Shown piece by piece: positions 19,254-27,684 of a DNA stretch of 43,449 nt (the stretch's first letter is position 1; every line of letters starts with the position of its first letter). The notes beneath the pieces are model-generated. The model searched no databases and was not told the DNA's origin. It saw only the letters and a list, made by a program, of their open reading frames with translations. Position numbers and translations under genes: made by a program. The stretch is from an uncultured virus (IMG/VR IMGVR_UViG_2576861739_000001) (taxonomy: Duplodnaviria > Heunggongvirae > Uroviricota > Caudoviricetes), in IMG/VR virus record IMGVR_UViG_2576861739_000001. The stretch is one strand, 5' to 3'.

Positions 19254-19865
19254 ATGGACAAAGCTTGTGCATGGTGTGACCGACTCTACCATACCCCCAC
19301 CTATGCGCCCTATTGCAGCGCCAGATGCCAAAAAAAGGCAGAAAAGGCCCTGCGCGCCGTTTCGGCAGAGCCTGTCTCCCACACCACGGATGAAACACGC
19401 GCCATACGTTTTGGGCTTATAAGCCTTGTGGGCATTGCGGCTGCGGGCTTTGCCATGCTGCTGCTGGCAGGCCCCGTGCCGCTGGAACCACCCCCGGGGC
19501 ACAGGCCGCCGGGCGTGCCCTATGCGCTTAACACGGCGCCACCCCCTCCGCCGGGTTTGCAAACACAGGCCACCGCCACCACACAGGCAGACATACCGCA
19601 GCTGACCCCCGCACAGGATATGACGGCGTATCATGAAGGGCAGAATGCCCGCCGCGTCTGGAACCGCTGGATTGCCGGGCTAAGTGGTGAGCGCAAACGT
19701 GGCGCCCTGTTTTGGATGCAGGGTGCGCTGCACCACCGCACCAACCCGTGCGATGGCACAACCGGCTTTGCCATGGGCTGTTTTCAGGCCCGCAGGCATC
19801 TTTCCCCCATATTGAACAGGTGGGATGATGCCCCGGATTTCTGGCTGGGGTGGAACGCCTCCTAA
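19254..19865 (+). CDS. Hypothetical membrane protein (N-terminal Cys cluster, one TM helix, Pro-rich linker, Trp/Cys C-terminal domain)
   Basis: GGGGAGG RBS before ATG 19254; CAWC..YCSARC; hydrophobic FGLISLVGIAAAGFAMLLLAG. Confidence 0.6.
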   Translation: MDKACAWCDRLYHTPTYAPYCSARCQKKAEKALRAVSAEPVSHTTDETRAIRFGLISLVGIAAAGFAMLLLAGPVPLEPPPGHRPPGVPYALNTAPPPPPGLQTQATATTQADIPQLTPAQDMTAYHEGQNARRVWNRWIAGLSGERKRGALFWMQGALHHRTNPCDGTTGFAMGCFQARRHLSPILNRWDDAPDFWLGWNAS

Positions 19866-19872
19866 ACGCGGG

Positions 19873-21897
19873 CTAACGGGCCAGCACGTTATCTAAAAAC
19901 GTGGCGTGCTGGCTTACAAAACCGGGCCTTAAATGCTTGTCATCGGCATATTTTGGGGTGGCTGGCGGGGTGATGACCGCACAGGTGGGGCCGGTGCCGC
20001 AAATATCGGGCCACGCATCCAACACGCTGGCCCCGGCCTGCGCAGCCACCTGCCGTATAAAGGCTGTTTCCGCCGCCATATCCTGCCGTAGCTGTTCAGC
20101 CAGAATGCCCTGCTCCAGCAAGGGGGTGTTGATGGCAATATGCATCAGGCTGCGTGTTACCAATCTGTCGGGGCTGAAGCGCGCATCTACCGGGGTGGGC
20201 AGCACCAGCCATACAGGCCGCGCCCCGTTGGCGGAAAGGCTGCGTAAATCACGCACAAAATCCGCCTGTTTTTGTGCCATCGTGCCCGGTGTATGCTGCA
20301 CCACACGCGGCCAGAATGCCCCCACAACCACGGCCTGCACCTTCTGCCGCTGTATGATGCTCCGCTGCACGCTTTGCATATTTTGGCAATATGTAAAGGA
20401 TTTTTCATAAACCTCGCCCGCAAAGGGGCTGCAACTGGGGCCTGCCACAAAAATAACCGTGTGCTTCAGCCGCCCCTGCTGCAACAGGGCCTCCACCCTT
20501 GGCGCCCACTGAAACAGCAGGCTATCCCCCGTAAACAGCACCGGCTGGCCCGCATGGCCTATGGTGGCCACTGTCAGCCCACCTTCGTGCATGATGTGCA
20601 TATGGGGCGTGGGGGCAAAAATGCCATCACGCACTGCCAGATTGATGGCGGAAAGATCCGTGCCCGCAGCGGTATGCGCAAACCGCCCCGGCCAGCCGGC
20701 ATTGTGCCATGTGGCCAGCCCCGCCACGCCTATGGCTGCCAGCCCGCCCACAAGTGCTGCCGTTTTGCCACGCCGAAAGTGCCCACCACGCAGCGGGTTT
20801 TCCGCCCCTTTGGTTGTCAGCCACGCCAGCGCCAGTGCTGTGCCTATAAGCGCAAACCCCGCGCTGTTGTGGATAACCCCCACCCCACGCACGATATGAA
20901 ACCACGAAACCAGCGGCCAGTGCCACAGATACAGCGGGTAGCTCACAAGCCCCACCGCCCGCACAGGCCGCGCGGCCAGCACATGCCGGTTCACCCACGC
21001 GCCCGCTCCGGCCCAAATCAGCAACGCCGTGCCCCCGGTGGGCAACAGCGCCCAAGGGGCGGGAAAGCCCATGCCCGGCCGCAGCACCACAAACCCGGCC
21101 AGCACACAGGCCAACCCCAACGCCGCCGCCCCCTGCCGCACCGCGCCTGCATCTGCTGTGCTACGCCCCACGCCATGTACGGCAAGGCCCGCCCCCAGCA
21201 TAAACTCCCACCCCCGGCTGAGCGGAGAATAAAACCCCGCCCCCGGCCACCATATGCTGCACGCCAGACTATATATAAAGCATGCCACCCCCGTGGCCCC
21301 CACCAGCACACCCGCACGCACCCGCGCGGCAAAGCCAAGTGCCAGCACCAACGGCCACAGCAGATAGAACTGCTCCTCCACCCCCAAAGACCATAAATGC
21401 AACAGGGGCTTGAGCACGGCGGCGCGGTCAAAATACCCCTGTGCGTGCCACATCTGCAGATTGGCGAGGGATGCCGCCCCCGCTGCGGCATCTGCCCCCA
21501 CGGCGGCAAATTCGGTGGGCAGCAGGGTGAACCACCCGGCCAGCAATGTTGCGGCCAGCACCACCAGCAATGCGGGGGCCAGCCTGCGCACGCGCCGGAC
21601 CAAAAACGAGGCCACAGAAAAACGCCCCGCCCCAAAATGCGCCACCAGATGCCCGCTGATTAAAAAACCGGAGATGACAAAAAACGCATCCACCCCGCCA
21701 AACCCACCGACCAACACGGCGGGAAAAACGTGGTACACCACCACCCCCACCACAGCCAGCGCGCGCAGGCCATCTATATCTGCCCGCCACCCGCCGTGGG
21801 GCCGGGCAGCAAGCTGGGCGGCGCTGCCGGGCCACAGCCACGCCATGCCCCGCGCCGCAGCCTGCGTAACAGGCCGCAAAAAGCCAAACCCAATCAT
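19873..21897 (-). CDS. Acyltransferase family 3 fused to SGNH domain (OafA/YrhL-type O-acyltransferase)
   Basis: RADIDGLRALAV, GVDAFFVISGFLI, HLWSLGVEEQFY, SYPLYLWHWP; SGNH GDS and DDKH catalytic motifs. Confidence 0.92.
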   Translation of the reverse strand: MIGFGFLRPVTQAAARGMAWLWPGSAAQLAARPHGGWRADIDGLRALAVVGVVVYHVFPAVLVGGFGGVDAFFVISGFLISGHLVAHFGAGRFSVASFLVRRVRRLAPALLVVLAATLLAGWFTLLPTEFAAVGADAAAGAASLANLQMWHAQGYFDRAAVLKPLLHLWSLGVEEQFYLLWPLVLALGFAARVRAGVLVGATGVACFIYSLACSIWWPGAGFYSPLSRGWEFMLGAGLAVHGVGRSTADAGAVRQGAAALGLACVLAGFVVLRPGMGFPAPWALLPTGGTALLIWAGAGAWVNRHVLAARPVRAVGLVSYPLYLWHWPLVSWFHIVRGVGVIHNSAGFALIGTALALAWLTTKGAENPLRGGHFRRGKTAALVGGLAAIGVAGLATWHNAGWPGRFAHTAAGTDLSAINLAVRDGIFAPTPHMHIMHEGGLTVATIGHAGQPVLFTGDSLLFQWAPRVEALLQQGRLKHTVIFVAGPSCSPFAGEVYEKSFTYCQNMQSVQRSIIQRQKVQAVVVGAFWPRVVQHTPGTMAQKQADFVRDLRSLSANGARPVWLVLPTPVDARFSPDRLVTRSLMHIAINTPLLEQGILAEQLRQDMAAETAFIRQVAAQAGASVLDAWPDICGTGPTCAVITPPATPKYADDKHLRPGFVSQHATFLDNVLAR

Positions 21898-22357
21898 CCC
21901 GCCCCTTTACGCCGCCAGCCCATTACGCCCCTGCCCTTACGTATATTCTGCACCGCCGCCTGCTTCGTATATCCTGCATTGCGCCCTACACGCAGGTTTT
22001 ACACGCAAGCCTCTTGCCTTGGCCGCCACATCTGCCACGCACCCCGCAAAGCGCACGCCCCACGGCCCCAACATGCCAGCATGGGTGCCATGCCAAAAGC
22101 CCGGCCCCGCCGCATTGCAGCGCACGCATGGATATGCCAAATCCATGCCCTGTGTGCATCCCTGTTATTACGGGGTACACCACACCCTACCGCCACCCCG
22201 CAGGCCAGCTTAGGGGCTGCGTTTGGTTACGGTGGGCACACATCCGCCATGCTTGAGCGGAGGTGGACAGCCCCCCACCCCTGCTTATGTATATTCCGTA
22301 ACAAAGGGGCACCATCTGCCCATTTTTTCTTTTAATCCAGCAGATCCTGATACCCAC

Positions 22358-23701
22358 ATGCCAGCAAATGACCTACGCCTTCTGATCATTCAGCCCACGC
22401 ATTATAAAGCCCCTACAGACCGAACGCTGTTTAAAACCAAGCGCCGACAGATGGTGCCGCTTGCCCTGCCGTACCTTGCCGCCCTGACCCCGCCAGAGTG
22501 GAAAGTAACGCTGCTGGATGAACAGCTTGAAGATATAGATTTTGATGCGCCGGTGGATGTTGTGGCCCTTACGGCCTGGACGCTCCATTCCTACCGCGCT
22601 TACGATATTGCCAAGGAATTTCGTAAACGCGGCGTAAAGGTGATTATGGGTGGCCCCCATGTGTATTTTAACGCCGAAGAAGCCGCCGAGCACGTAGATG
22701 CCGTGGGCGTGGGTGAGGCCGAACCCATCTGGAAGGAAATGCTGGAAGATGCCGCCGCCAACCGGCTGAAAAGCATTTACCGCGCCACACCGCTAAAGGA
22801 ACTGAACGGCCTGCCCGCCCCAAGGTATGACCTGCTGGACCTTAAAAAGTTTGGCCCCTTCCGCACCTTTGCCGTGCAATCCTCCCGCGGGTGCCCGTTT
22901 GTGTGCGATTTCTGCTCCGAACGGTTCTACCTTGGCGGCCGCTACCGCTGGCGCCCGGTGGACGAAATGGTGAATGAGCTCAAGCTCATCAAGAACCGTG
23001 GCAGCCACTTCTTTTTTGGTGAAAGCAACTTTGGCGGCAAGAAAAGCCGCGCCATGGAACTGATGGAAGGGCTGGTGCCGCTGGGCATTCGCTGGTCCAC
23101 CCTGTGGTCTTCCAATTTGTGTCTGGATAAGGAGTTTCTGGATCTGGCGCGCAAATCCGGCGTGATGCACGTGAATATCGGTATTGAAAGTATTGATAAG
23201 GATATTCTGGACGGCATGCGCAAAGGCTGGAACAAAGCCAGCCGCTACCACGAAATGTTTGAAAACCTGCGCCAGCGCGATATCAGCTACTCGCTCAACT
23301 TCATCTTCGGTTTTGATGATGAAGACCACGATATCTACCGCGCCACCATCTCCTTTCTGGAGGAGCACAAGGTGCCTGCGGCGTATTTCAACATTCTTAC
23401 GCCCACCAAGGGCACGGCGCTGTTTAACCGTATGGAAAAGGCAGGCCGTATTATCAACGCGCCAGAAATTGACCGCTGGCCCGGGCAGATCTGCCAGATC
23501 TGGCCCAAAAACTGCTCCCCCAAGGAAATGGAAGCCCGCATTCAGTGGATGTATAAAAAGTTCTACTCCATGCGCTCCATCTTCAAGCGGCTGCCTTTTC
23601 CGCCGCGCACCCGGTCTGACATGTCATCGTGGATTCTGGATCTTACAGAACGCCGCATGGCGTTTTCCTCCACCGGTAATAACGACTTCGATATCTACTA
23701 A
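22358..23701 (+). CDS. Cobalamin-binding radical SAM protein (class B type), substrate unknown
   Basis: PLALPYLAALTP and VIMGGPH B12-domain motifs; SRGCPFVCDFC (CxxxCxxC); IGIES; FIFGFD; start set at ATG 22358. Confidence 0.9.
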   Translation: MPANDLRLLIIQPTHYKAPTDRTLFKTKRRQMVPLALPYLAALTPPEWKVTLLDEQLEDIDFDAPVDVVALTAWTLHSYRAYDIAKEFRKRGVKVIMGGPHVYFNAEEAAEHVDAVGVGEAEPIWKEMLEDAAANRLKSIYRATPLKELNGLPAPRYDLLDLKKFGPFRTFAVQSSRGCPFVCDFCSERFYLGGRYRWRPVDEMVNELKLIKNRGSHFFFGESNFGGKKSRAMELMEGLVPLGIRWSTLWSSNLCLDKEFLDLARKSGVMHVNIGIESIDKDILDGMRKGWNKASRYHEMFENLRQRDISYSLNFIFGFDDEDHDIYRATISFLEEHKVPAAYFNILTPTKGTALFNRMEKAGRIINAPEIDRWPGQICQIWPKNCSPKEMEARIQWMYKKFYSMRSIFKRLPFPPRTRSDMSSWILDLTERRMAFSSTGNNDFDIY

Positions 23702-23718
23702 CACCCTTGTTAAATCTC

Positions 23719-23749
23719 GCTTTCCTCTGCCATCAGGGCGGAGGAAAGC
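23719..23749 (+). terminator. Stem-loop after the radical SAM gene
   Basis: GCTTTCCTCTGCC / GGCGGAGGAAAGC, 13 bp stem with one G-U pair and 5 nt loop, 18 nt after the stop; no U tract. Confidence 0.55.
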
Positions 23750-24010
23750 ACAGAACCATCCCCTCCAAAAATACATTACAGCCATAATATAATTGCATAC
23801 GTAAATAAGCCTCAAACATGTTTTACAGTTATTGTTGTTAAATAAATGCACACATATCAAAATATCCCACTTTCAGCCTTTAGCCTTACATTATAACTTT
23901 ACATTTCTGGGTTTTTTAGCTTTGCCACATCTTTTACACTGCAAAACAATAACAGAAAAACAAGAACAAACGCTTAAATAAAGAAAATATTATAAGTATA
24001 GTTTTTTATT

Positions 24011-24025
24011 TTAACAGTTTGTTAA
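24011..24025. promoter_or_regulatory. Palindrome matching the CtrA consensus TTAA-N7-TTAA
   Basis: TTAACAGTTTGTTAA in the AT-rich intergenic region upstream of the Hint-domain gene; could be chance. Confidence 0.3.
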
Positions 24026-24324
24026 TGCTTTTCACACTTAGTATTGAGAATCTATATAGCCTTGCCAATTATATCCACCAAACCTCACGCACTTTATTTA
24101 TTTTTTACCACTTGGCAAAATCTGGCTTCTTGGTCAGTATAGCGGCAAGCAAAGCCAGATAAACGCGGTGGGCGCACGGGCCTTTGGGCGTTTGCACCCT
24201 ATGCGGCACAGGCATTGCAAAAAAGTTTCTAAATGCCCCTTATCCTTTCGCGGGGCAGGACGCATTTAAGTTTGAAACACATGTGAGGGAAACACCTTTC
24301 CCCTGTGTCAGTCAGAAGGAAGAA

Positions 24325-25422
24325 ATGACAGCGCTTCCCCGCCATGCGCTTGTGCATGATATTCATAAACCAGATGAGCCATCCCTCCCCAAGGGAGAGA
24401 TGCATGTACCTTCCCCTTCCCTTCCGGGCGTTTTGCACGGCACAGACATTTATACCCAAACGGGCCATGTGCCTGTTCAAACCCTAACACCCACGCAAAA
24501 GCTGATAACGTATGACCCCGAAATGGCCGAGGTTTGCGCCACCATTACCAAGGTTGCCGCCCAGCACGTAAATGTGCAGCCCACCCAGCCAGAGGATGAG
24601 GCCGGCTACCCCATAAGAATTATAAAACACGCCATTGCAGATAACCTGCCCACGCAGGATGTGCTGCTTACACCCGACCAATGCCTGTTTTTTGAAAACA
24701 AATTTGTGCCCGCGGTCCTTCTTACAAACCGCGTTTCCATTTTTTATGATCACAGTTTTCAAAAATACACGGCCTACCCTATCCAAACACAAACCCCGGC
24801 CATTATTGTGGCCCAGGGCCTTTTGGTGGCCAGCGCCCTGCCGCCATGCCCCAACAACACGCACTGGCACACCCGCACAGATGTGCCCGTGGTAACAGAG
24901 CGCGCTGTGGTGGCCCCGCTGTATCACCGCCTGCTAGACCGGGCAAAACACTGCGGGCTGCAAAGCAAATTTTCAACATCTCATGCCATAACGCATGAAC
25001 ATGAGCTCAGCCTGATAACAGATACGGGCAAGCTTATCCGCAAAGCGCGGAAGCAGGATAATCTGGCCATGTTTATGCTGCCGCCCAATGTGCATGATGT
25101 GCATCTTTCCTCCCGCGCCAGCAGGCCGGTGGATGTTCTTGCCCCATACCTGCAAGACAAACGGCGGCTGGGCGTGCGCGTGGGCAACATTACCTTGCAG
25201 GAAAATGCAAAGCCCAAGAACATTTCTACCCATTTGCAAAAAAACCTGCCCGGATGGCACCCGCATGATGGCCAGCCCGGCCGCTGGACAGACGGCCACG
25301 CCCACCTGCCTTTGGAGCCAGAGCGCGGTAAAAACAGAATGGGCCTTTTATGCGTTCAAATATTGGAGAGCATTCCCTACCGGCATCATGATTTTCATGG
25401 ACCGCGTAAAAATTATAAGTAA
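24325..25422 (+). CDS. Hint-domain protein (degenerate) with conserved C-terminal domain
   Basis: DEAGYPIRI...AIADNLP.QD.L.TPD.CLFFE.KFVP...L.N..SIFYD and SRASRP.DV..P...DKRRLGV.VG motifs; AAGGAAG RBS before ATG 24325. Confidence 0.8.
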   Translation: MTALPRHALVHDIHKPDEPSLPKGEMHVPSPSLPGVLHGTDIYTQTGHVPVQTLTPTQKLITYDPEMAEVCATITKVAAQHVNVQPTQPEDEAGYPIRIIKHAIADNLPTQDVLLTPDQCLFFENKFVPAVLLTNRVSIFYDHSFQKYTAYPIQTQTPAIIVAQGLLVASALPPCPNNTHWHTRTDVPVVTERAVVAPLYHRLLDRAKHCGLQSKFSTSHAITHEHELSLITDTGKLIRKARKQDNLAMFMLPPNVHDVHLSSRASRPVDVLAPYLQDKRRLGVRVGNITLQENAKPKNISTHLQKNLPGWHPHDGQPGRWTDGHAHLPLEPERGKNRMGLLCVQILESIPYRHHDFHGPRKNYK

Positions 25423-25448
25423 GAATAGGCAGTTTTGAAAAGCATTGC

Positions 25449-25489
25449 CATTCCGCAGCTTTTTGGCACACGGGCTGCGCTGCGGAATG
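25449..25489. terminator. Inverted repeat between convergent genes
   Basis: CATTCCGCAGC (25449-25459) and GCTGCGGAATG (25479-25489), 19 nt spacer, between stops at 25422 and 25501. Confidence 0.45.
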
Positions 25490-25500
25490 ATGTAAAACTT

Positions 25501-26055
25501 TTATGATATCACTTTAAGTTTTTGCAATATGCGTGAAACCATGCTGATACTTACATTATGCTGCTGGGCAATTTCGCGCAGCGTCAGCCCTTTGGCACGC
25601 GCCTGCGCCATGGCCTGAAAGTGCTGTTGTGTCAGTTTTCTGGGGCGCCCTATGCGGCACCCGGCGGATATGGCTTTTTGCCGCCCGCAAGACATTCTGT
25701 GGCGTATAAAGCGTTTTTCAAGATCTTCAATGCCAATCAGCACTTCCAGCATCAGTATGCCACGCTCGGCTGTGGTGTTGGCCCATGGCTCATCCAGAGA
25801 GGTGAGGGTACAGTTTTTTTGCTGAACCTGCATAATAATATTACGTAAATGCCGCCAACTGCTGACTATACAGTCCATCCGCGCCACAACAATGGTTGAC
25901 CCGGCCTTAAGCTGGGCAACAAATTGCACAAATGGTAAACCTGTTTTTGCAAAACTCTTTACTATTATACTACTACATCCAAATTCTTCCAGTTTTTTTA
26001 CCTGTTCCTTTTTACTAATAAAAGGGCAATCTGCACTTATATAACCCACAACCAT
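25501..26055 (-). CDS. Resolvase/invertase-family serine recombinase homologue with degenerate active site and C-terminal HTH
   Basis: Q...L...GC, SLDEPWANTT..RG.LM, E...IR.R...GR..A...G...GRPRKLT and HTH; GYISAD replaces GYARVS; GGAG RBS before ATG 26055. Confidence 0.8.
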   Translation of the reverse strand: MVVGYISADCPFISKKEQVKKLEEFGCSSIIVKSFAKTGLPFVQFVAQLKAGSTIVVARMDCIVSSWRHLRNIIMQVQQKNCTLTSLDEPWANTTAERGILMLEVLIGIEDLEKRFIRHRMSCGRQKAISAGCRIGRPRKLTQQHFQAMAQARAKGLTLREIAQQHNVSISMVSRILQKLKVIS

Positions 26056-26075
26056 AATTTTCTCCGCATGCAGAT

Positions 26076-26122
26076 TGTAGCGCGCCAAATGGTTTGAGAC
26101 CACGGGACGTATAGTTTGACAC
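26076..26122 (+). repeat. Candidate Mu-type right end: terminal TG plus two tandem transposase-binding repeats
   Basis: TGTAG followed by CGCGCCAAATGGTTTGAGAC (26081-26100) and CGGGACGTATAGTTTGACAC (26103-26122), 14/20 identical, 22 bp period. Confidence 0.6.
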
Positions 26123-26194
26123 TCTAAAAGATACACCCGCAAATCTTTTTGAATGCTTATTCGAACGCTTTTTTAATACCCATTTAACACCTTT

Positions 26195-26572
26195 TTACGT
26201 CCCTCCTTTGGGAGGTTCTTCATCAGCAAATGGATATGGCGGCAACGGCCGGAACATTCTCATCGGTCTGCCTGCGGCGGCATCCATATCATGCACAATG
26301 AGCCTCACGGCAATTGCTTCTGCATACACGGCTTCAACAGCATCAAAACCCTGCCACTGTCGTTGCCGCAACCGGTCAATCTCATCAGAGAGTGCTTTTT
26401 CCCTGGCATTAGCCAGCACTGTTGAACGCAACAGCTGCTCACGCTCCAATACCTGCGCTCGCACCAACTGGGCTTTCAGAACGAGCAGACGCCCATACCA
26501 TCCTCCAACAATACCGCCTCCGGCCGATATCAGCTCTCCATATTTCTGCCAGAACAGCGCAATATCAATCAC
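26195..26572 (-). CDS. Hypothetical phage protein with N-terminal hydrophobic segment and coiled coil (holin-like architecture possible)
   Basis: LISAGGGIVGGWYG followed by a charged helical region; GTG start coupled to the upstream stop. Confidence 0.5.
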   Translation of the reverse strand: MIDIALFWQKYGELISAGGGIVGGWYGRLLVLKAQLVRAQVLEREQLLRSTVLANAREKALSDEIDRLRQRQWQGFDAVEAVYAEAIAVRLIVHDMDAAAGRPMRMFRPLPPYPFADEEPPKGGT

Positions 26573-26922
26573 AGCGCATTCTTTATGATAGTAGGTTGCG
26601 CATTTAGTTCTGAAAGTAATTCGAGGGCCAGCACAAATTGTGCCAGAACAATCTTGGCAGCGTCCGCAGGTAACATATGCGGAAAATGAGATGCACCGAT
26701 TTGAGCAAAGGATCGGCCATTTAACAAAACATCATACAGTCGATCATAGACCGCACGTGGCATTCTTCCCGGTCGGCATACTCCAAATCTCTCTTGCTGC
26801 CATCTCTGTCCAGCTACCCACTTTTGAGCACGTTTTACGTTCTCATGATCAATAAGGGAGGCATTTAGCAATTGCTGGAGAACAGGGATTTTCTGCTGAG
26901 GTTTGTTTTTGTTTATTGCCAC
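26569..26922 (-). CDS. Hypothetical phage protein, possible C-terminal HTH
   Basis: LYDVLLNGRSFAQIG resembles a sigma-region-4-like HTH; coupled to both neighbours; GTG start 26922 chosen. Confidence 0.45.
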   Translation of the reverse strand: MAINKNKPQQKIPVLQQLLNASLIDHENVKRAQKWVAGQRWQQERFGVCRPGRMPRAVYDRLYDVLLNGRSFAQIGASHFPHMLPADAAKIVLAQFVLALELLSELNAQPTIIKNAL

Positions 26923-27257
26923 TTTTCCAACCCCTTCCACAGTCCGCGCATAGCAATAGGGTGTCCTGGCGGTAATGGTTCACGGCCACCGTTAGAAACA
27001 ACCAGAAACACGTCTTCTGGTGCGCCATTATCCTGTTTGGCTTCTTCTTCCTGATACGCATCGGCATAGCGATTTAGGGCTTTTCTTACGCCTTCCATCA
27101 CCCTCCCAACCTCAACAGCAATCGCACGCAGGCTTTTCCCCGATTTACGGAGTTCTACCATGCGTTCAATTACGGCGGCATCCGTCCGTGGGCGCACGGC
27201 CGCAGTTACTGCTTTTCTATGCGCGTCAGAGGCGGTGAGCCGCACAGAACTAGCCAT
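26913..27257 (-). CDS. HTH DNA-binding protein
   Basis: MVELRKSGKSLRAIAVEVGR...VRKAL HTH; C-terminal GREPLPPGHPIA..GLW; start set at ATG 27257. Confidence 0.65.
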   Translation of the reverse strand: MASSVRLTASDAHRKAVTAAVRPRTDAAVIERMVELRKSGKSLRAIAVEVGRVMEGVRKALNRYADAYQEEEAKQDNGAPEDVFLVVSNGGREPLPPGHPIAMRGLWKGLEKWQ

Positions 27258-27276
27258 AATTGAGGGCGCGCAGTCC

Positions 27277-27684
27277 TTAGCCAAAGATGCTCGTCCCGTA
27301 ATAACGGGATGCACCATCCCACATGATTTCCACACAGCAGATAGCTCCAATGCGGCTATCCACAAAGGCAGCTCCTTTAGGCCAGGTCACATTGCTGGGC
27401 CATTTAATTTCACAATTTCCGCCAAAGGGCTGTTGGATCACAATACGCATGATCTGTAGTTCACCAAGATTCCCTCCGCTTAAAGAGAGTGCGCAGTATT
27501 GGTCAGGAACAATGCGGTATCCAATATTCCCACGCTCTGCGAACTTCAGTTCACATGTAGGTCCAGGGACTACCTTGGTAATGATGGGAACGCCGCTGGT
27601 TGCAGCATCAACAAGCTGCCCTCCTGAGAGGATCTTTCCACCGGCTCCAGTCGCTACCCAATTTGAAAAATCTAAGGTGCGCAT
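27277..27684 (-). CDS. Tail-fibre-associated beta-sandwich protein
   Basis: IVIQQ..GG...IKWPSNVTWP.G..DG..YYG pattern seen at the C-termini of phage fibres. Confidence 0.5.
   Translation of the reverse strand: MRTLDFSNWVATGAGGKILSGGQLVDAATSGVPIITKVVPGPTCELKFAERGNIGYRIVPDQYCALSLSGGNLGELQIMRIVIQQPFGGNCEIKWPSNVTWPKGAAFVDSRIGAICCVEIMWDGASRYYGTSIFG

Noticed and set aside
22358..23701. Specific assignment as hopanoid methylase HpnP/HpnR or HpnJ
   Set aside because: Only generic B12-binding and CxxxCxxC motifs are visible and no hpn genes are adjacent; a phylogeny is needed.
24325..25422. Active intein or polymorphic toxin with a pretoxin Hint domain
   Set aside because: No catalytic Cys, no terminal His-Asn, no recognisable toxin domain and no immunity gene.
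26056..26142. N-terminal extension of the recombinase ORF from TTG 26142
   Set aside because: Family similarity starts at MVVGY (ATG 26055, with RBS); the extension runs through the predicted prophage end.
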